From Candidatus Sumerlaeaceae bacterium (GTDB lineage Bacteria; Sumerlaeota; Sumerlaeia; Sumerlaeales; Sumerlaeaceae): a stretch of 64,000 nt of DNA. Under the pieces are notes generated by a model. The model made no database searches, was not told the DNA's origin, and was given only the letters and a program-made list of their open reading frames with translations. Below, in pieces: positions 49,144-60,571 of the stretch. The position numbers and the translations under genes are program-made. The stretch spans positions 332,477-396,476 of the forward strand of contig JBMFRB010000003.1 in NCBI GenBank assembly GCA_049968255.1, read 5' to 3'. The number at the start of each line of letters is the position of its first letter. The stretch's first letter is position 1.

Positions 49144-50526
49144 ATGCCCCCAATCTTTTTTCATCCAAAGCTAGCTGCAGTGGCCTTGCTTCTCGCCAGC
49201 TTTTCCATGACCGTGTGCGCTGAGACGCGGGCATTCAAAATCGTGGACGACCCGGCCCTCGATTCCGCCGTCACGGAAGCGCGGAACGAGTTCATGCGCG
49301 ACAAGCCTTTCCAAAGGCTTGATGTTGCTCTTCTCGTGCCGGATGCCGATGGTAGTTGGCGGCGGGGCAGCTACAATGGCGAAGCCCTGGCCTATCCAGC
49401 GAGTTGCGTGAAGCTGGCCTACCTTGCCGCAGCTATGTCTTGGTGCCGCCAAAACAAGCTTCCCTATCGTCAGCTCGACGTCGCAGTGCGCCCCATGATT
49501 GTAAAATCCGACAATTATCAAACCGGTGTTGTTGTGGATACAATCACCAGTGCTCCCAACGTGGACGATCTGACCACCGTGACGGATCCACGGTGGGTGG
49601 AGTGGATCGAGCGCCGCCACTACACTGCTCGCTACCTCGACGCGCGCGGGCTGCTTGGAAACCAGATCATCCTCCACAAAACTTATCCCACAAATTCTGG
49701 GGAGTGGCCGCGCGGTGCAGAGAAAGTCGCGCGCGATGTGTTTGGGATGAATAAAATGCAACCGCGGCTCAGCGCCTCGCTCATGCTCGAAATTGCAAAA
49801 GGAGCGCTCGAGCCCGATGCGCGCGATTACATGCTCGAACTCCTGGAGCACGATCGTTGGAAATCCAATAGCGTCCTTGGGTTCGGCCTGCCTCCTGGCG
49901 CGAAGTACTGCAACAAGCCTGGTCTCGCTTACGACACATTAGAGGACATCGCCTACGTCGTGCTGCCAAACGGCAAGGAATTCATCGTGGCGGCATTCTC
50001 CAATGCATTCTGTCCGCCCTACTCCCACGATCCCGATCCCTACGACAGCTCGCAGCTCGGCCCCTTCATGGAGTTGCTCCTTGCGAAAACAGGACTCGCT
50101 GAGGGATGTCCACTGCCGGTGATGAAGTCGGTCGGAGATCCTCAGTTCGTGGTGGAAACCGAAGGCTCCTGGACTGAAGAGACAACGGCCACCTCCCGCG
50201 GCCCAGTGAAATATCTTCTCGCAAAAGCAGAAACCACTTCAACCAAGGCACGGGTGAAACTTGGCGTTGAACGCTCAGCCAAGTACGAAGTTTGTGTGCG
50301 CCACATGGCCGCCCCCGACCGTGCAAAGGTTGTGTTCGCCGTGCAGCACGCAGGAGGAGAAACGACAAAATCCGTCGACCAAACCCGCATCCACGACCGT
50401 TGGGTCAAGCTTGGCGATTTTGATTTTCCGCCTGGCGGAGGTCAGATTGAAATACGTCCCGCGCACGACACACCGTCCACAGCCACCATGTGTCTTTACG
50501 CAGTGCGCGCCACAGCCTATCCGTGA
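49144..50526 (+). CDS. Exported class A beta-lactamase-like serine hydrolase with C-terminal golvesin/xanthan-lyase-CBD-like domain
   Basis: YPASCVKL (SxxK), KSDN, NKPG; C-terminal KYEV...VDQT...WVKLGDFDF. Confidence 0.78.
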   Translation: MPPIFFHPKLAAVALLLASFSMTVCAETRAFKIVDDPALDSAVTEARNEFMRDKPFQRLDVALLVPDADGSWRRGSYNGEALAYPASCVKLAYLAAAMSWCRQNKLPYRQLDVAVRPMIVKSDNYQTGVVVDTITSAPNVDDLTTVTDPRWVEWIERRHYTARYLDARGLLGNQIILHKTYPTNSGEWPRGAEKVARDVFGMNKMQPRLSASLMLEIAKGALEPDARDYMLELLEHDRWKSNSVLGFGLPPGAKYCNKPGLAYDTLEDIAYVVLPNGKEFIVAAFSNAFCPPYSHDPDPYDSSQLGPFMELLLAKTGLAEGCPLPVMKSVGDPQFVVETEGSWTEETTATSRGPVKYLLAKAETTSTKARVKLGVERSAKYEVCVRHMAAPDRAKVVFAVQHAGGETTKSVDQTRIHDRWVKLGDFDFPPGGGQIEIRPAHDTPSTATMCLYAVRATAYP

Positions 50527-50711
50527 GTGAGGTCCCCCTCAATTCAAGATCCTCCATGAGGGAGGCCATGGGAAGAAGCGTGCCTACGTTGTGCTGAGCG
50601 CTGCAGCGCCCCATTGCCTATCCCTCAGTAGGTTGAGCGCGCTCGGCGGACATTCTCTTATCCGCACCATTTTGCTATTGGGCGCGAAGCATCCGGCGTA
50701 ACACGGATCGC

Positions 50712-50767
50712 TAAAAGCGAACCGCCCCTTCAGCCTTGGATCGGGCTAAAGGGGCGGGATGTTTTTC
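50712..50767. terminator. Intrinsic terminator downstream of rny (probably bidirectional)
   Basis: CCGCCCCTT-C-AGCC / GGCT-A-AAGGGGCGG stem (50722-50757); T-tracts on both strands. Confidence 0.7.
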
Positions 50768-50975
50768 TGCTGCTTGGTTATTGAGATTCCTCGAGAGAAT
50801 CGAGTGGTCATCTCTGGCGCCTAGAATAGCCTGTCGATAATGCGTCGACAGTCTCGTGCCCTTGCGGAGCAGGTTTTCTTCTCTGGCGTCGGCGCCAGCC
50901 GACGTCGGCTGCTTCAGCACCAGCAACTTTACTCTGTGTTTCACACTGGCACCGATGGGCAGCTCGCTCGCCGGA

Positions 50976-52547
50976 TCACTTTGCGAACTCCACGAATCGC
51001 GTTTCGCGAAGTACGGTGACTTTGATATGTCCAGGATACTGGACTTCGTTTTCGATGCGTTTGGTAACCTCGCGTGCGAGAAGAGCAGCTTCGTTGTCGC
51101 TGATAGTCTCGGGATTGACGATGATGCGCAGTTCGCGCCCAGCCAGCATGGCGTAAGATTTCTCCACACCTGGGAAACTCGACGCGATGGCTTCGAGATC
51201 CTGCAGTCGCTTGACGTAGGCCTCGAGTGCCTCACGCCGCGCTCCCGGCCGGCTCGCCGACACTGCATCGGCCACCTGCACCAGCACAGCGGCCAGAGTG
51301 CGAGGTTCTTCCTCATTGTGATGGGCGGCGACGGCATGCACAACCGGCATGCTTTCACCGTATCTTTTGCACAGATCAGCCCCAATCAAGGCGTGTGTGC
51401 CCTCCATTTCGTGGCTCACCGCCTTGCCGATATCATGCAGAAATCCAGCTCGCTTGGCCAGCTGGATATCCGCGCCCAATTCCGCAGCCATGTGCGCACA
51501 GATGTGCGCCACTTCGATGCTATGCAGCAGAATGTTTTGCCCATAGGAAACGCGATATTTCAAACGGCCTAACAGCTTGTGAAGCTCGGGATGCAGGTCC
51601 ACGATGCCAAGTTCCAGAGCCGCCTGTTCACCTTCCTGGCGCAAGTGCTCCATGAACTCGCGTTCGATTTTGCGAACGACTTCCTCGATGCGTGCCGGAT
51701 TGATGCGACCGTCCGCAATGAGCTTTTCTAATGCCTGGCGCGCGATTTCACGCCGCAAGGGATCGAAACAGCTTAGGACGATTGCGTCCGGCGTGTCGTC
51801 AACAATCAAGTTGACTCCCGTTACGGCTTCGAAAGCACGGATGTTACGGCCTTCACGCCCGATGATTCGCCCTTTCATCTCGTCCGACGGCAACGTCAGT
51901 GTCGAACAGATCGTCTCGGTCGTTAGGTCTGTCGAGCATCTTTGAATCGCCAGCGTGATGATTTGGCGTGCCTTGCGTTCGGCTTGCTCTTTAGTTTCAT
52001 TCTCAATTCGCCGAACAATGGCGGCTGCCTCCTGGCGAACCTCACTCTCGAGCTTTTCCAAAAGGTAGCATTTCGCTTCTTCTGCCGTCATGCCGGCAAT
52101 TTGTTCGGCACGTTGTCGCGTTTCCTGTTCCAGCTGCGCAAGTTCTGCCTCGCGTTTGCTCAGTTCCTGCAACCGCTCGTCGAGCTCCTGCTCTTTACGC
52201 GCGAGCGTCTTCTCACGCTGCTCGTAATTCTCGATCTTGCTGTCGAGCGTCCGTTCTTTGTTACGGAGACGGTTCTCAAGTCGCTCCACTTCGGAACGTT
52301 TGCGCGAAAGCTCTCGCTCGGCCTGCTTTGCCTTCTGGAACACGAGCTCCTTGGCCTCCACCTCCGCGGCTTTACGGATGGTGTCAGCTTGCTTTTGGGC
52401 TTCCTGCAGAATGATCTCGGCTTCTTTTTGGGCTGAGCTGATCTGCACTCCCATCCGCTTGGCGAGGAACCAATAAGTGCCAGCGATAGCTGCCAAAATC
52501 GCGATAGCAACCACGCCAGCCACGGCGAGGATAAGTACCAAGCTCAT
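50976..52547 (-). CDS. rny: Ribonuclease Y
   Basis: N-terminal TM, coiled coil, KH ([14 protein letters not shown]), HD (FLHDIGKA), [21 protein letters not shown]; SD GGAGGTG. Confidence 0.97.
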   Translation of the reverse strand: MSLVLILAVAGVVAIAILAAIAGTYWFLAKRMGVQISSAQKEAEIILQEAQKQADTIRKAAEVEAKELVFQKAKQAERELSRKRSEVERLENRLRNKERTLDSKIENYEQREKTLARKEQELDERLQELSKREAELAQLEQETRQRAEQIAGMTAEEAKCYLLEKLESEVRQEAAAIVRRIENETKEQAERKARQIITLAIQRCSTDLTTETICSTLTLPSDEMKGRIIGREGRNIRAFEAVTGVNLIVDDTPDAIVLSCFDPLRREIARQALEKLIADGRINPARIEEVVRKIEREFMEHLRQEGEQAALELGIVDLHPELHKLLGRLKYRVSYGQNILLHSIEVAHICAHMAAELGADIQLAKRAGFLHDIGKAVSHEMEGTHALIGADLCKRYGESMPVVHAVAAHHNEEEPRTLAAVLVQVADAVSASRPGARREALEAYVKRLQDLEAIASSFPGVEKSYAMLAGRELRIIVNPETISDNEAALLAREVTKRIENEVQYPGHIKVTVLRETRFVEFAK

Positions 52548-52837
52548 GGGAGAGAGTCACCTCCAGAATCATGTTGTCAAAGAACCTACTCAGCTCGGCT
52601 CTTGCCCGAGCCCGACGCGGCTTAAACGACCCCTCCACAGCAAGGACGCAAATGCCGCATCTGAAACATAATAGAACAATTTTTCGCCTCACTCATTCCA
52701 ATTTTCTTTGATGCTTCTCTGCTTTCGTTCAAAAGGAGGTCCAATCCCATCGATGGTGTCCGAGTTGCAAAATTCCCGCGATCCCACACTGCTCGTCATG
52801 GCATAGCCCCATCATGGCAGGAGCCGAGTTGTCACAC

Positions 52838-53854
52838 ATGCACAACCACGACAAGCCACCTTTGCTTTCGGTACTGTTACCAGTGCGCAACGCAGAGCCC
52901 ACGCTCGGAGAAGCCATCGCGAGCGTTCTCAATCAGACCTGGAGTCATTTCGAGCTCGTAGTCATTAACGACAGCTCAACCGATGGGAGTGATAGGGTCG
53001 CCCGAGCCTGGCAGCAGCGCGACTCGCGTGTCAACGTTGTGGAAAACAAAGGACAGGGAATCATTGAGGCGCTGCAAACCGGCCTTAGCGTCGCGCGTGG
53101 CGATTTTATTGCGCGCATGGACGCCGACGACAGAGCTCTTCCCCAGCGCTTCGCCAAACAGATGGAACTTATCGAGCGCGACCCCCGCTGCAGTGTTTGT
53201 GCCACTCATGTGAGCGACATTGGCGACGTGGGGCAAGGCCGACAGCGCTACACTCAATGGCTCAACAGCGTGCGTACCCACGACGACGTCGTGCGCAATC
53301 TCTTTATCGAATGCCCCGTCGCCCATCCCACTTTGATCATTCGGCGCCGAGCACTGGAACATGTGGGCGGCTATCGTGACGTGCCGTGGCCGGAGGACTA
53401 TGACCTTATTCTTCGATTATGGCTAGCCGGAGCCCGATTTGCTGTCGTTGCCGAGCCATTGGTTGAGTGGGGCGATTCACCCTCGCGGCTGTCACGGACG
53501 GACCCGCGCTATTCGCCCGAAGCATTTCGCCAGTGTAAGCTGCATTATCTCCCCCTTGCGCCCTATTTTCGGCCGGGACGAGAGCTAATCCAGTGGGGCG
53601 CTGGGAAAGAAGGCAAATGGTGGTTGAAGCACTTGCCACCGCCGATGCGACCCACCGTCGTGGTCGACATTGATCCAAGAAAAGTCGGCCAGCGCATCCA
53701 CGGCACCCCTGTCATTGCCCCAGAAAGTCTTGGTTCTCCCCGGAGCCGCTTTCTACTAATTGCTGTTGGAGTGCACGGAGCACGCGAAGAAATTCGCCCC
53801 TTTCTTTCCCTACGCGGTTGGCGCGAGCTCGACGATTATCTCTTCCTCTGCTAA
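52838..53854 (+). CDS. GT2 glycosyltransferase with C-terminal Rossmann-like domain (QTGAL/B3GNTL1-like)
   Basis: SVLLPVRN, INDSSTD, ARMDADD, RYTQWLN, HPT, PEDYDL, WGAGKEGK, VDIDPRK. Confidence 0.85.
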   Translation: MHNHDKPPLLSVLLPVRNAEPTLGEAIASVLNQTWSHFELVVINDSSTDGSDRVARAWQQRDSRVNVVENKGQGIIEALQTGLSVARGDFIARMDADDRALPQRFAKQMELIERDPRCSVCATHVSDIGDVGQGRQRYTQWLNSVRTHDDVVRNLFIECPVAHPTLIIRRRALEHVGGYRDVPWPEDYDLILRLWLAGARFAVVAEPLVEWGDSPSRLSRTDPRYSPEAFRQCKLHYLPLAPYFRPGRELIQWGAGKEGKWWLKHLPPPMRPTVVVDIDPRKVGQRIHGTPVIAPESLGSPRSRFLLIAVGVHGAREEIRPFLSLRGWRELDDYLFLC

Positions 53855-53914
53855 TCGCTTTTGCTTTTCGACCGCACCCCCCACACCCCAGCGATGTTGA
53901 ATATGAATATAAAT

Positions 53915-53929
53915 CTACTAGAATAATAG
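53915..53929. promoter_or_regulatory. Candidate operator upstream of sat
   Basis: CTACTA-GAA-TAATAG imperfect inverted repeat in an AT-rich patch. Confidence 0.35.
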
Positions 53930-54066
53930 TCGTTCTCCGAGGGTATGTAAGGTATGTCCACTGGAACAGGCCCGTGTTGCGATTTGCCACGGCATGTTAC
54001 TGTGGGCGGGCGAAACGGTCGCAGCCGTGCTTTAGACGATAGTTCATAACAGAAAGAAGAGGACGA

Positions 54067-55272
54067 ATGACAACAACTGCTGAACAACGAAGAGTGGAGC
54101 AACTTATTGAGCCTCACGGCGGACGCCTGGTGAACCGGGTGCTCAACGCAGAGGCACGTGCAGAGGCTCTTGCTCGCGCCCAGAGCCTGCCGAAGCTCGT
54201 CGTTGGCGAGTGGGAAGCCTCCGATATTGAGCTTATCGCCGTTGGGGCGGTCTCCCCGCTCGAAGGCTTCATGTCCTTCGAGGATTATAATAGTGTTGTC
54301 AATAGCATGCATTTGGCGAGTGGACTCCCGTGGACCATTCCCATAACCTTAACCGTGAACGAGGTTTTTGCCACGTCGGTCAAAGAAGGCGACGATGTGG
54401 CGATCTACGATGTGGCCGGCACGTTGTTAGCAATCCTCCACGTCGAATCAAAGTTCCGCTTTCACAAACAGAACGAGGCGGTGCAAATCTACGGCACGGA
54501 TGACGAAAAGCACCCTGGGGTGGCGGCGCTCATGAAGCGCAGCGAAATCGCGCTTGGGGGACCGTTGGACGTCGTCAATCTTCCGCCCCATGCGGATTTT
54601 CAGCATTATCGCCTCACCCCCGCGCAGACACGTGAAAGTTTCCGCAAACGTGGATGGCGCCGAATCGTCGGTTTCCAGACGCGTAACCCCATCCACCGCG
54701 CGCACGAGTATATGCAGAAAGTGGCCATGGAAATCACCGATGGACTTTTCCTGCACCCTCTCGTGGGCAAAACGAAAGACGACGACGTCTCAGCCGAACT
54801 ACGCATGCGCACCTACGAGGTCATTGTCGAAAAGTATTATCCACGCGAGCGCGTTGTGATTGCGGTAAATCCCGCGGCTATGCGCTATGCCGGTCCACGC
54901 GAGGCCGTATTTCATGCGCTTATCCGCAAGAACTATGGCTGCTCGCATTTTATTGTCGGGCGCGATCATGCCGGTGTCGGCAATTACTACGGCACCTTCG
55001 ACGCGCACTACATCTTCGATAACTTTGACCCTCAGGCCATCGGCATTGTGCCACTCTTCTTTGATTACACATTCTACTGCCGGGCCTGCGGTAACATGGC
55101 CAGTGTGAAAACCTGCCCACACACAAAAGAGTACCACGTGACCCTCAGTGGCACGAAAGTGCGGGAAATGCTCACGGCAGGCGTGATGCCACCGCCAGAA
55201 TTCACGAGGCCTGAGGTTGCCCAGATCCTCATCGAAGGCTATGCGGCCCAACAACAAGGGGCTGGGATCTAA
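54067..55272 (+). CDS. sat: Sulfate adenylyltransferase (ATP sulfurylase)
   Basis: PHGGRLV, SPLEGFM, FQTRNPIHRAHE, MRYAGPREA, HFIVGRDHAGVG, CRAC...CPH Zn site, LSGTKVR. Confidence 0.97.
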   Translation: MTTTAEQRRVEQLIEPHGGRLVNRVLNAEARAEALARAQSLPKLVVGEWEASDIELIAVGAVSPLEGFMSFEDYNSVVNSMHLASGLPWTIPITLTVNEVFATSVKEGDDVAIYDVAGTLLAILHVESKFRFHKQNEAVQIYGTDDEKHPGVAALMKRSEIALGGPLDVVNLPPHADFQHYRLTPAQTRESFRKRGWRRIVGFQTRNPIHRAHEYMQKVAMEITDGLFLHPLVGKTKDDDVSAELRMRTYEVIVEKYYPRERVVIAVNPAAMRYAGPREAVFHALIRKNYGCSHFIVGRDHAGVGNYYGTFDAHYIFDNFDPQAIGIVPLFFDYTFYCRACGNMASVKTCPHTKEYHVTLSGTKVREMLTAGVMPPPEFTRPEVAQILIEGYAAQQQGAGI

Positions 55273-55315
55273 AGACTTTTCCAAAACCTTCCTTTGTCTG
55301 TCTCCCCACACCGTG

Positions 55316-55342
55316 GCGGGGTCCCTTTTCGGGGGATCCCGC
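55316..55342 (+). terminator. GC-rich stem-loop after sat
   Basis: GCGGGGTCCCT / GGGGATCCCGC stem; no clear U-tract. Confidence 0.4.
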
Positions 55343-55478
55343 TGGCGCTGGGGTCCAGTGGCGTGAGAGATCTCTTGCAATCGCCTGCCCTTAAGCCTCC
55401 TATGGTTTGCTAAGCCAGGTGTGCCATGCTCGGTCCGGTACACTTGGATCATCGCGGATACACAAGGAGGCTCGGTTC

Positions 55479-56273
55479 GTGCTCAATCACATCTTTGCGT
55501 TTCTGGTTGTGGTCGGAATTCTCGTAGCTCTGAGTTCGTCGCTCTATCACGCACAGCGAGGCGAGGCCGTGGTGAAAGTCGTGGGTGGCCGAGAAATGGT
55601 CGAGCTGCGGCCTTACGCCACGTGGGGCGAGAAACTGAAAGCGATTGCCGCCGCTGGCGACAAAATCACTCAATCTGCCATCAACACCGCGGGGTTTCGC
55701 TACGAAGATCCGCAAACAAAGCAGGAAAAAAGCGGTGCCGTCGGGCTGGCGATTGATTACATTGGAATCATGGCCTTGTGGCTCGGTTTCATGAAAATTG
55801 CCGAGGCCGCCGGCCTCATCCAGCTCTTGGCCCGTGGCATTGCCCCAGTGTTTCGGTTCCTTTTTCCCCGCGTGCCCGTCGATCACCCTGCAGCGGGAGC
55901 TATGCTGATGAATATGGCCGCGAATGTGCTCGGGCTCGACAACGCCGCCACACCCCTCGGCATCAAAGCCATGAAGGAGCTGCAAGAGCTCAACGGGCAA
56001 AAAGATACCGCCTCCAATGCCATGTGCATGTTCCTGGCGCTCAATACATCGAGCCTTACTCTGCTCCCCGTTTCGGTCATAGGGTGGCGCGTTGCGTCGC
56101 ATTCGGCAGCGCCCGCCAGCGTCATTGTTCCCATCCTCATTGCCACGTCGTGCGGAAAAATCGCGGCGATCGTGGCCTGTAAGCTCTTAGAACGTCTCAG
56201 CCCCGACACACCCAGCACGCTCGAAGATCATGAGGCTTCGGCTGCACCATCGTCCGAGGATGCCGACCGATGA
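55479..56273 (+). CDS. spmA: SpmA-like nucleoside-recognition (Gate) membrane protein
   Basis: MLNHIF, GIMALWLGFMKIAE, LFPRVP.DHP, ANVLGLDNAATPLGIKAMKELQELN; SD AAGGAGG. Confidence 0.9.
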   Translation: MLNHIFAFLVVVGILVALSSSLYHAQRGEAVVKVVGGREMVELRPYATWGEKLKAIAAAGDKITQSAINTAGFRYEDPQTKQEKSGAVGLAIDYIGIMALWLGFMKIAEAAGLIQLLARGIAPVFRFLFPRVPVDHPAAGAMLMNMAANVLGLDNAATPLGIKAMKELQELNGQKDTASNAMCMFLALNTSSLTLLPVSVIGWRVASHSAAPASVIVPILIATSCGKIAAIVACKLLERLSPDTPSTLEDHEASAAPSSEDADR

Positions 56274-56809
56274 AAGAATTTGTCGAGCTCATCAATAGCT
56301 GGGTCATTCCGCTGATCTTTCTGTTCATTATCGCCTACGGATATGCTCGCCGCGTGAAGGTGTATGAAGTGTTCGTCGAAGGGGCAAAGGAAGGTTTCAA
56401 CGTTGGCGTCATGATCATCCCCTACCTGGTCGTTATTCTTTGTGCCATTGCGATCTTTCGAGCCAGCGGGGCCATGGACATGCTTGCACGCGCTATCGCG
56501 TATTTTCTGCCGCCCGCAGTGGTACCGCCCGATGTTATTCTCCTCGCGCTTGTGAAGCCCTTGAGCGGGAGCGCAGCTCGCGGCGTCATGCTTGATATCT
56601 TCGCTCGCTATGGGGTGGACAGCCTGCCTGGTTTCATGGCTAGCGTTATTCAGGGAAGCACCGAAACCACGTTCTATGTGGTGGCCGTTTACTTCGGGGC
56701 CATTGGCGTAAAAAATCCGCGTCATACCATCGCTGCAGGCTTGACCGGCGAGTTTACCGGCATAGTAGTCTCCATTATTCTAGCTCACGTGTATTTCGCC
56801 ACCAGATGA
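56270..56809 (+). CDS. spmB: SpmB-like membrane protein
   Basis: VYEVFVEGAKEGF, IIPYLV, KPLSGS, GSTETTFYVVAVYFG. Confidence 0.92.
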   Translation: MKEFVELINSWVIPLIFLFIIAYGYARRVKVYEVFVEGAKEGFNVGVMIIPYLVVILCAIAIFRASGAMDMLARAIAYFLPPAVVPPDVILLALVKPLSGSAARGVMLDIFARYGVDSLPGFMASVIQGSTETTFYVVAVYFGAIGVKNPRHTIAAGLTGEFTGIVVSIILAHVYFATR

Positions 56810-56848
56810 GATGCACAAAATGAAGACTCAGGAGCGGCACAGACGAGC

Positions 56849-57745
56849 ATGAAGGTGATCGGCTTCATTTACCTTGCCTACGTCGCCATTGTCCTTGCTT
56901 ACGGATTTGCCACCAGCCGGCGCAGACTACTGCTGACACATCTGAAGTACAACGTGCTAATTCTCGGCGCGATCATCATGATCCTGCCCTTTTATTGGAT
57001 GGTTATCACGTCGTTCAAAGACTACGCGGAAGCTCTGGCCTCGCCGCCCACGTGGTGGCCTAGGAAATTCCTGTGGCAGAACTACGTCGAGGCCTGGCAC
57101 AAACCAGAAGTAGGGTTTAGCCGCTATTTCTTCGTCAGCACCTACACGGCGGTTGTCAGCACGGCAGGCACTCTCGTCACCAGTGTCCTCGCAGGCTATG
57201 CCTTCGCACGAATGAACTTTCTCGGCAAGGGCCTCTTCTTTTACATCGTGCTCGCCACGCTCATGGTCCCCGGCGAAGTGCTGCTCATCCCCAAATACAT
57301 CATTCTTGCGAATCTTGGTTGGCTCGACACTTACAAAGCTCTCATCGTTCCGTGGTTGGCCAGCGTGTTTACTATCTTTCTTGTGCGTCAGTTTTTCATG
57401 ACCATTCCCAACGATCTCTGGGATGCTGCGCAAATCGACGGCGCTGGTCGCTGGCGTTTCCTGTGGCTCATCATGGTGCCGCTGTCGAAACCCGTGCTCA
57501 TCACCAGCGGAATCTTCTCCTTCATCGGCACATGGAATTCTCTCCTGTGGCCCATCGTGGTCACGTCCAAGCCTGAAATGCGCACCCTCATGGTGGGCTT
57601 GCAGGTCATGAACACCGAAGCCGGCAGCGAGTTTCATCTCCTCATGGCCGCTTCCACGTTCTGCATTCTGCCGATCGTCATGGTCTTTTTCGCCCTGCAG
57701 CGCTTCTTCATCGAGGGGATTGCGCGCAGTGGCTTGAAATCGTAA
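56849..57745 (+). CDS. Carbohydrate ABC transporter permease (MalG-type)
   Basis: PFYWMVITSFK, AGYAFAR, EAA-like loop DAAQIDGAG, WNSLLWP, QRFFIEG. Confidence 0.93.
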   Translation: MKVIGFIYLAYVAIVLAYGFATSRRRLLLTHLKYNVLILGAIIMILPFYWMVITSFKDYAEALASPPTWWPRKFLWQNYVEAWHKPEVGFSRYFFVSTYTAVVSTAGTLVTSVLAGYAFARMNFLGKGLFFYIVLATLMVPGEVLLIPKYIILANLGWLDTYKALIVPWLASVFTIFLVRQFFMTIPNDLWDAAQIDGAGRWRFLWLIMVPLSKPVLITSGIFSFIGTWNSLLWPIVVTSKPEMRTLMVGLQVMNTEAGSEFHLLMAASTFCILPIVMVFFALQRFFIEGIARSGLKS

Positions 57746-57799
57746 GCCAGCGAAACCTGCGAGAGAATAGAACATCATAGGGCCCCTAGTTGAGCCATA

Positions 57800-58882
57800 A
57801 TGAATGCTCGCGAAATGGATCTTTGCGTAACGGGCGCAGCACCATGTGACGAAAACGGTCGGCCCCTCATGGTCGGCGGACAAGCCCTCATCGAGGGAGT
57901 CATGATGCGTGCTCCCCATGGCGTCGCTATGGCTGTGCGCCGGCCTGATGGTTCGATTGTCGTGCGGGCCGAACCTTACCGTCCCTTGGCTAAGCGCTCT
58001 CGCTGGCTTGGGCTTCCCATCGTGCGCGGTGCAGTGTCGCTCATCGAGATGCTCGTCATCGGCTACCGTGCGCTCGAATTTTCTGCCCTTGAAGCCAGCC
58101 GCGAAGAGGCAACCACCTTGGCGGCAACGCCCCAAGAGACCTCGAAGCGCGACCTTATCTTTTCTCTGATTCTTGGGGTGGCGCTTGCCATCGGGCTATT
58201 TGTGGTGCTGCCGAATCTGGCCACCCACTTCAGCGCGCTGCCATTTGCTGGCAGCGGACGCCGCCTTCTCGAAGAACATTCTCCCGTGCTTTACAACCTC
58301 ATTTCTGGGGGCATACGGATCGCGATCTTCGTCGCCTATGTGTGGCTTATTTCACGGATGCCCGAAGTCTCCCGCATGTTTCAGTACCATGGCGCCGAAC
58401 ACAAAACCGTAAGCGCCTATGAGGCTGGCTTGCCGCTCACGGTCGAGAATACTCGCCGCTTCTCGACGTTTCATCCGCGTTGCGGTACCACCTTCATCGC
58501 AATCGTTTTGCTCGTGGCCGTCGTCGTGTTTGCCGTTTTTGCACGCATATTGCTAGCCGTGTGGCCAGCTTTTGCCGAGCTGCCCTTTGCGGCACGCAAA
58601 GCCATCCTTATTGCGGGACACATCCTGCTTATGCCTGTCGTCGCAGGTGTATGCTTCGAACTCCTTCGCCTCGGCGGCCGCTATCCAAATAATCCGCTCG
58701 CAAAAATCTTTCTCGTGCCCGGTTATTGGTTTCAGCGGCTGACGACTAAAGAACCAGACGATTCGATGCTTGCCGTCGCGATTGTCGCGCTGGAGCACGC
58801 CTTTGCTATTACAGAGGAGCCCCGCACCGTTGTGCTCAATGCCAAAGTGCCACGCGAAGCAGGGGCTCTTGCCGCGAGCTGA
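57800..58882 (+). CDS. DUF1385 family membrane protein
   Basis: [38 protein letters not shown]. Confidence 0.92.
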   Translation: MNAREMDLCVTGAAPCDENGRPLMVGGQALIEGVMMRAPHGVAMAVRRPDGSIVVRAEPYRPLAKRSRWLGLPIVRGAVSLIEMLVIGYRALEFSALEASREEATTLAATPQETSKRDLIFSLILGVALAIGLFVVLPNLATHFSALPFAGSGRRLLEEHSPVLYNLISGGIRIAIFVAYVWLISRMPEVSRMFQYHGAEHKTVSAYEAGLPLTVENTRRFSTFHPRCGTTFIAIVLLVAVVVFAVFARILLAVWPAFAELPFAARKAILIAGHILLMPVVAGVCFELLRLGGRYPNNPLAKIFLVPGYWFQRLTTKEPDDSMLAVAIVALEHAFAITEEPRTVVLNAKVPREAGALAAS

Positions 58883-58994
58883 AGGCAGGGGCTGTGGGCA
58901 TATAGAGCGGCGCGGGGGAGCTATCGCGCGCAGCAGGGCAGCCACGTGCCTCGCGCCCTTGCTCTCTCCAATTCGCACCAAGCAGCGCCTTGGC

Positions 58995-60368
<1,374 letters not shown>

Positions 60369-60571
60369 TTAACGATGACAATGCCGCGTTGGTCTTCGTA
60401 AGCAAGCACAATTGCGCTTCGATTGCTGGTGCAATTCGTTGATCGGCAAAACTTCGTACTTGAGCAGCAAAATGCTTATTCCGTCCCTGACCAAGCCAAT
60501 GCGAGCATGATCGCCATCGCTTTGCGACGTATCTCGCAACTGTGACAGGCAGGTGAATAAAGCTTCGTTCG

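Noticed and set aside
52548-52813. Possible 6S RNA upstream of rny
   Set aside because: No long rod with a central bubble could be folded by eye, and no zapA is adjacent; an Rfam scan would settle it.
56957-58135. 392-aa - strand ORF
   Set aside because: Antisense to the clear ABC permease and DUF1385 genes.
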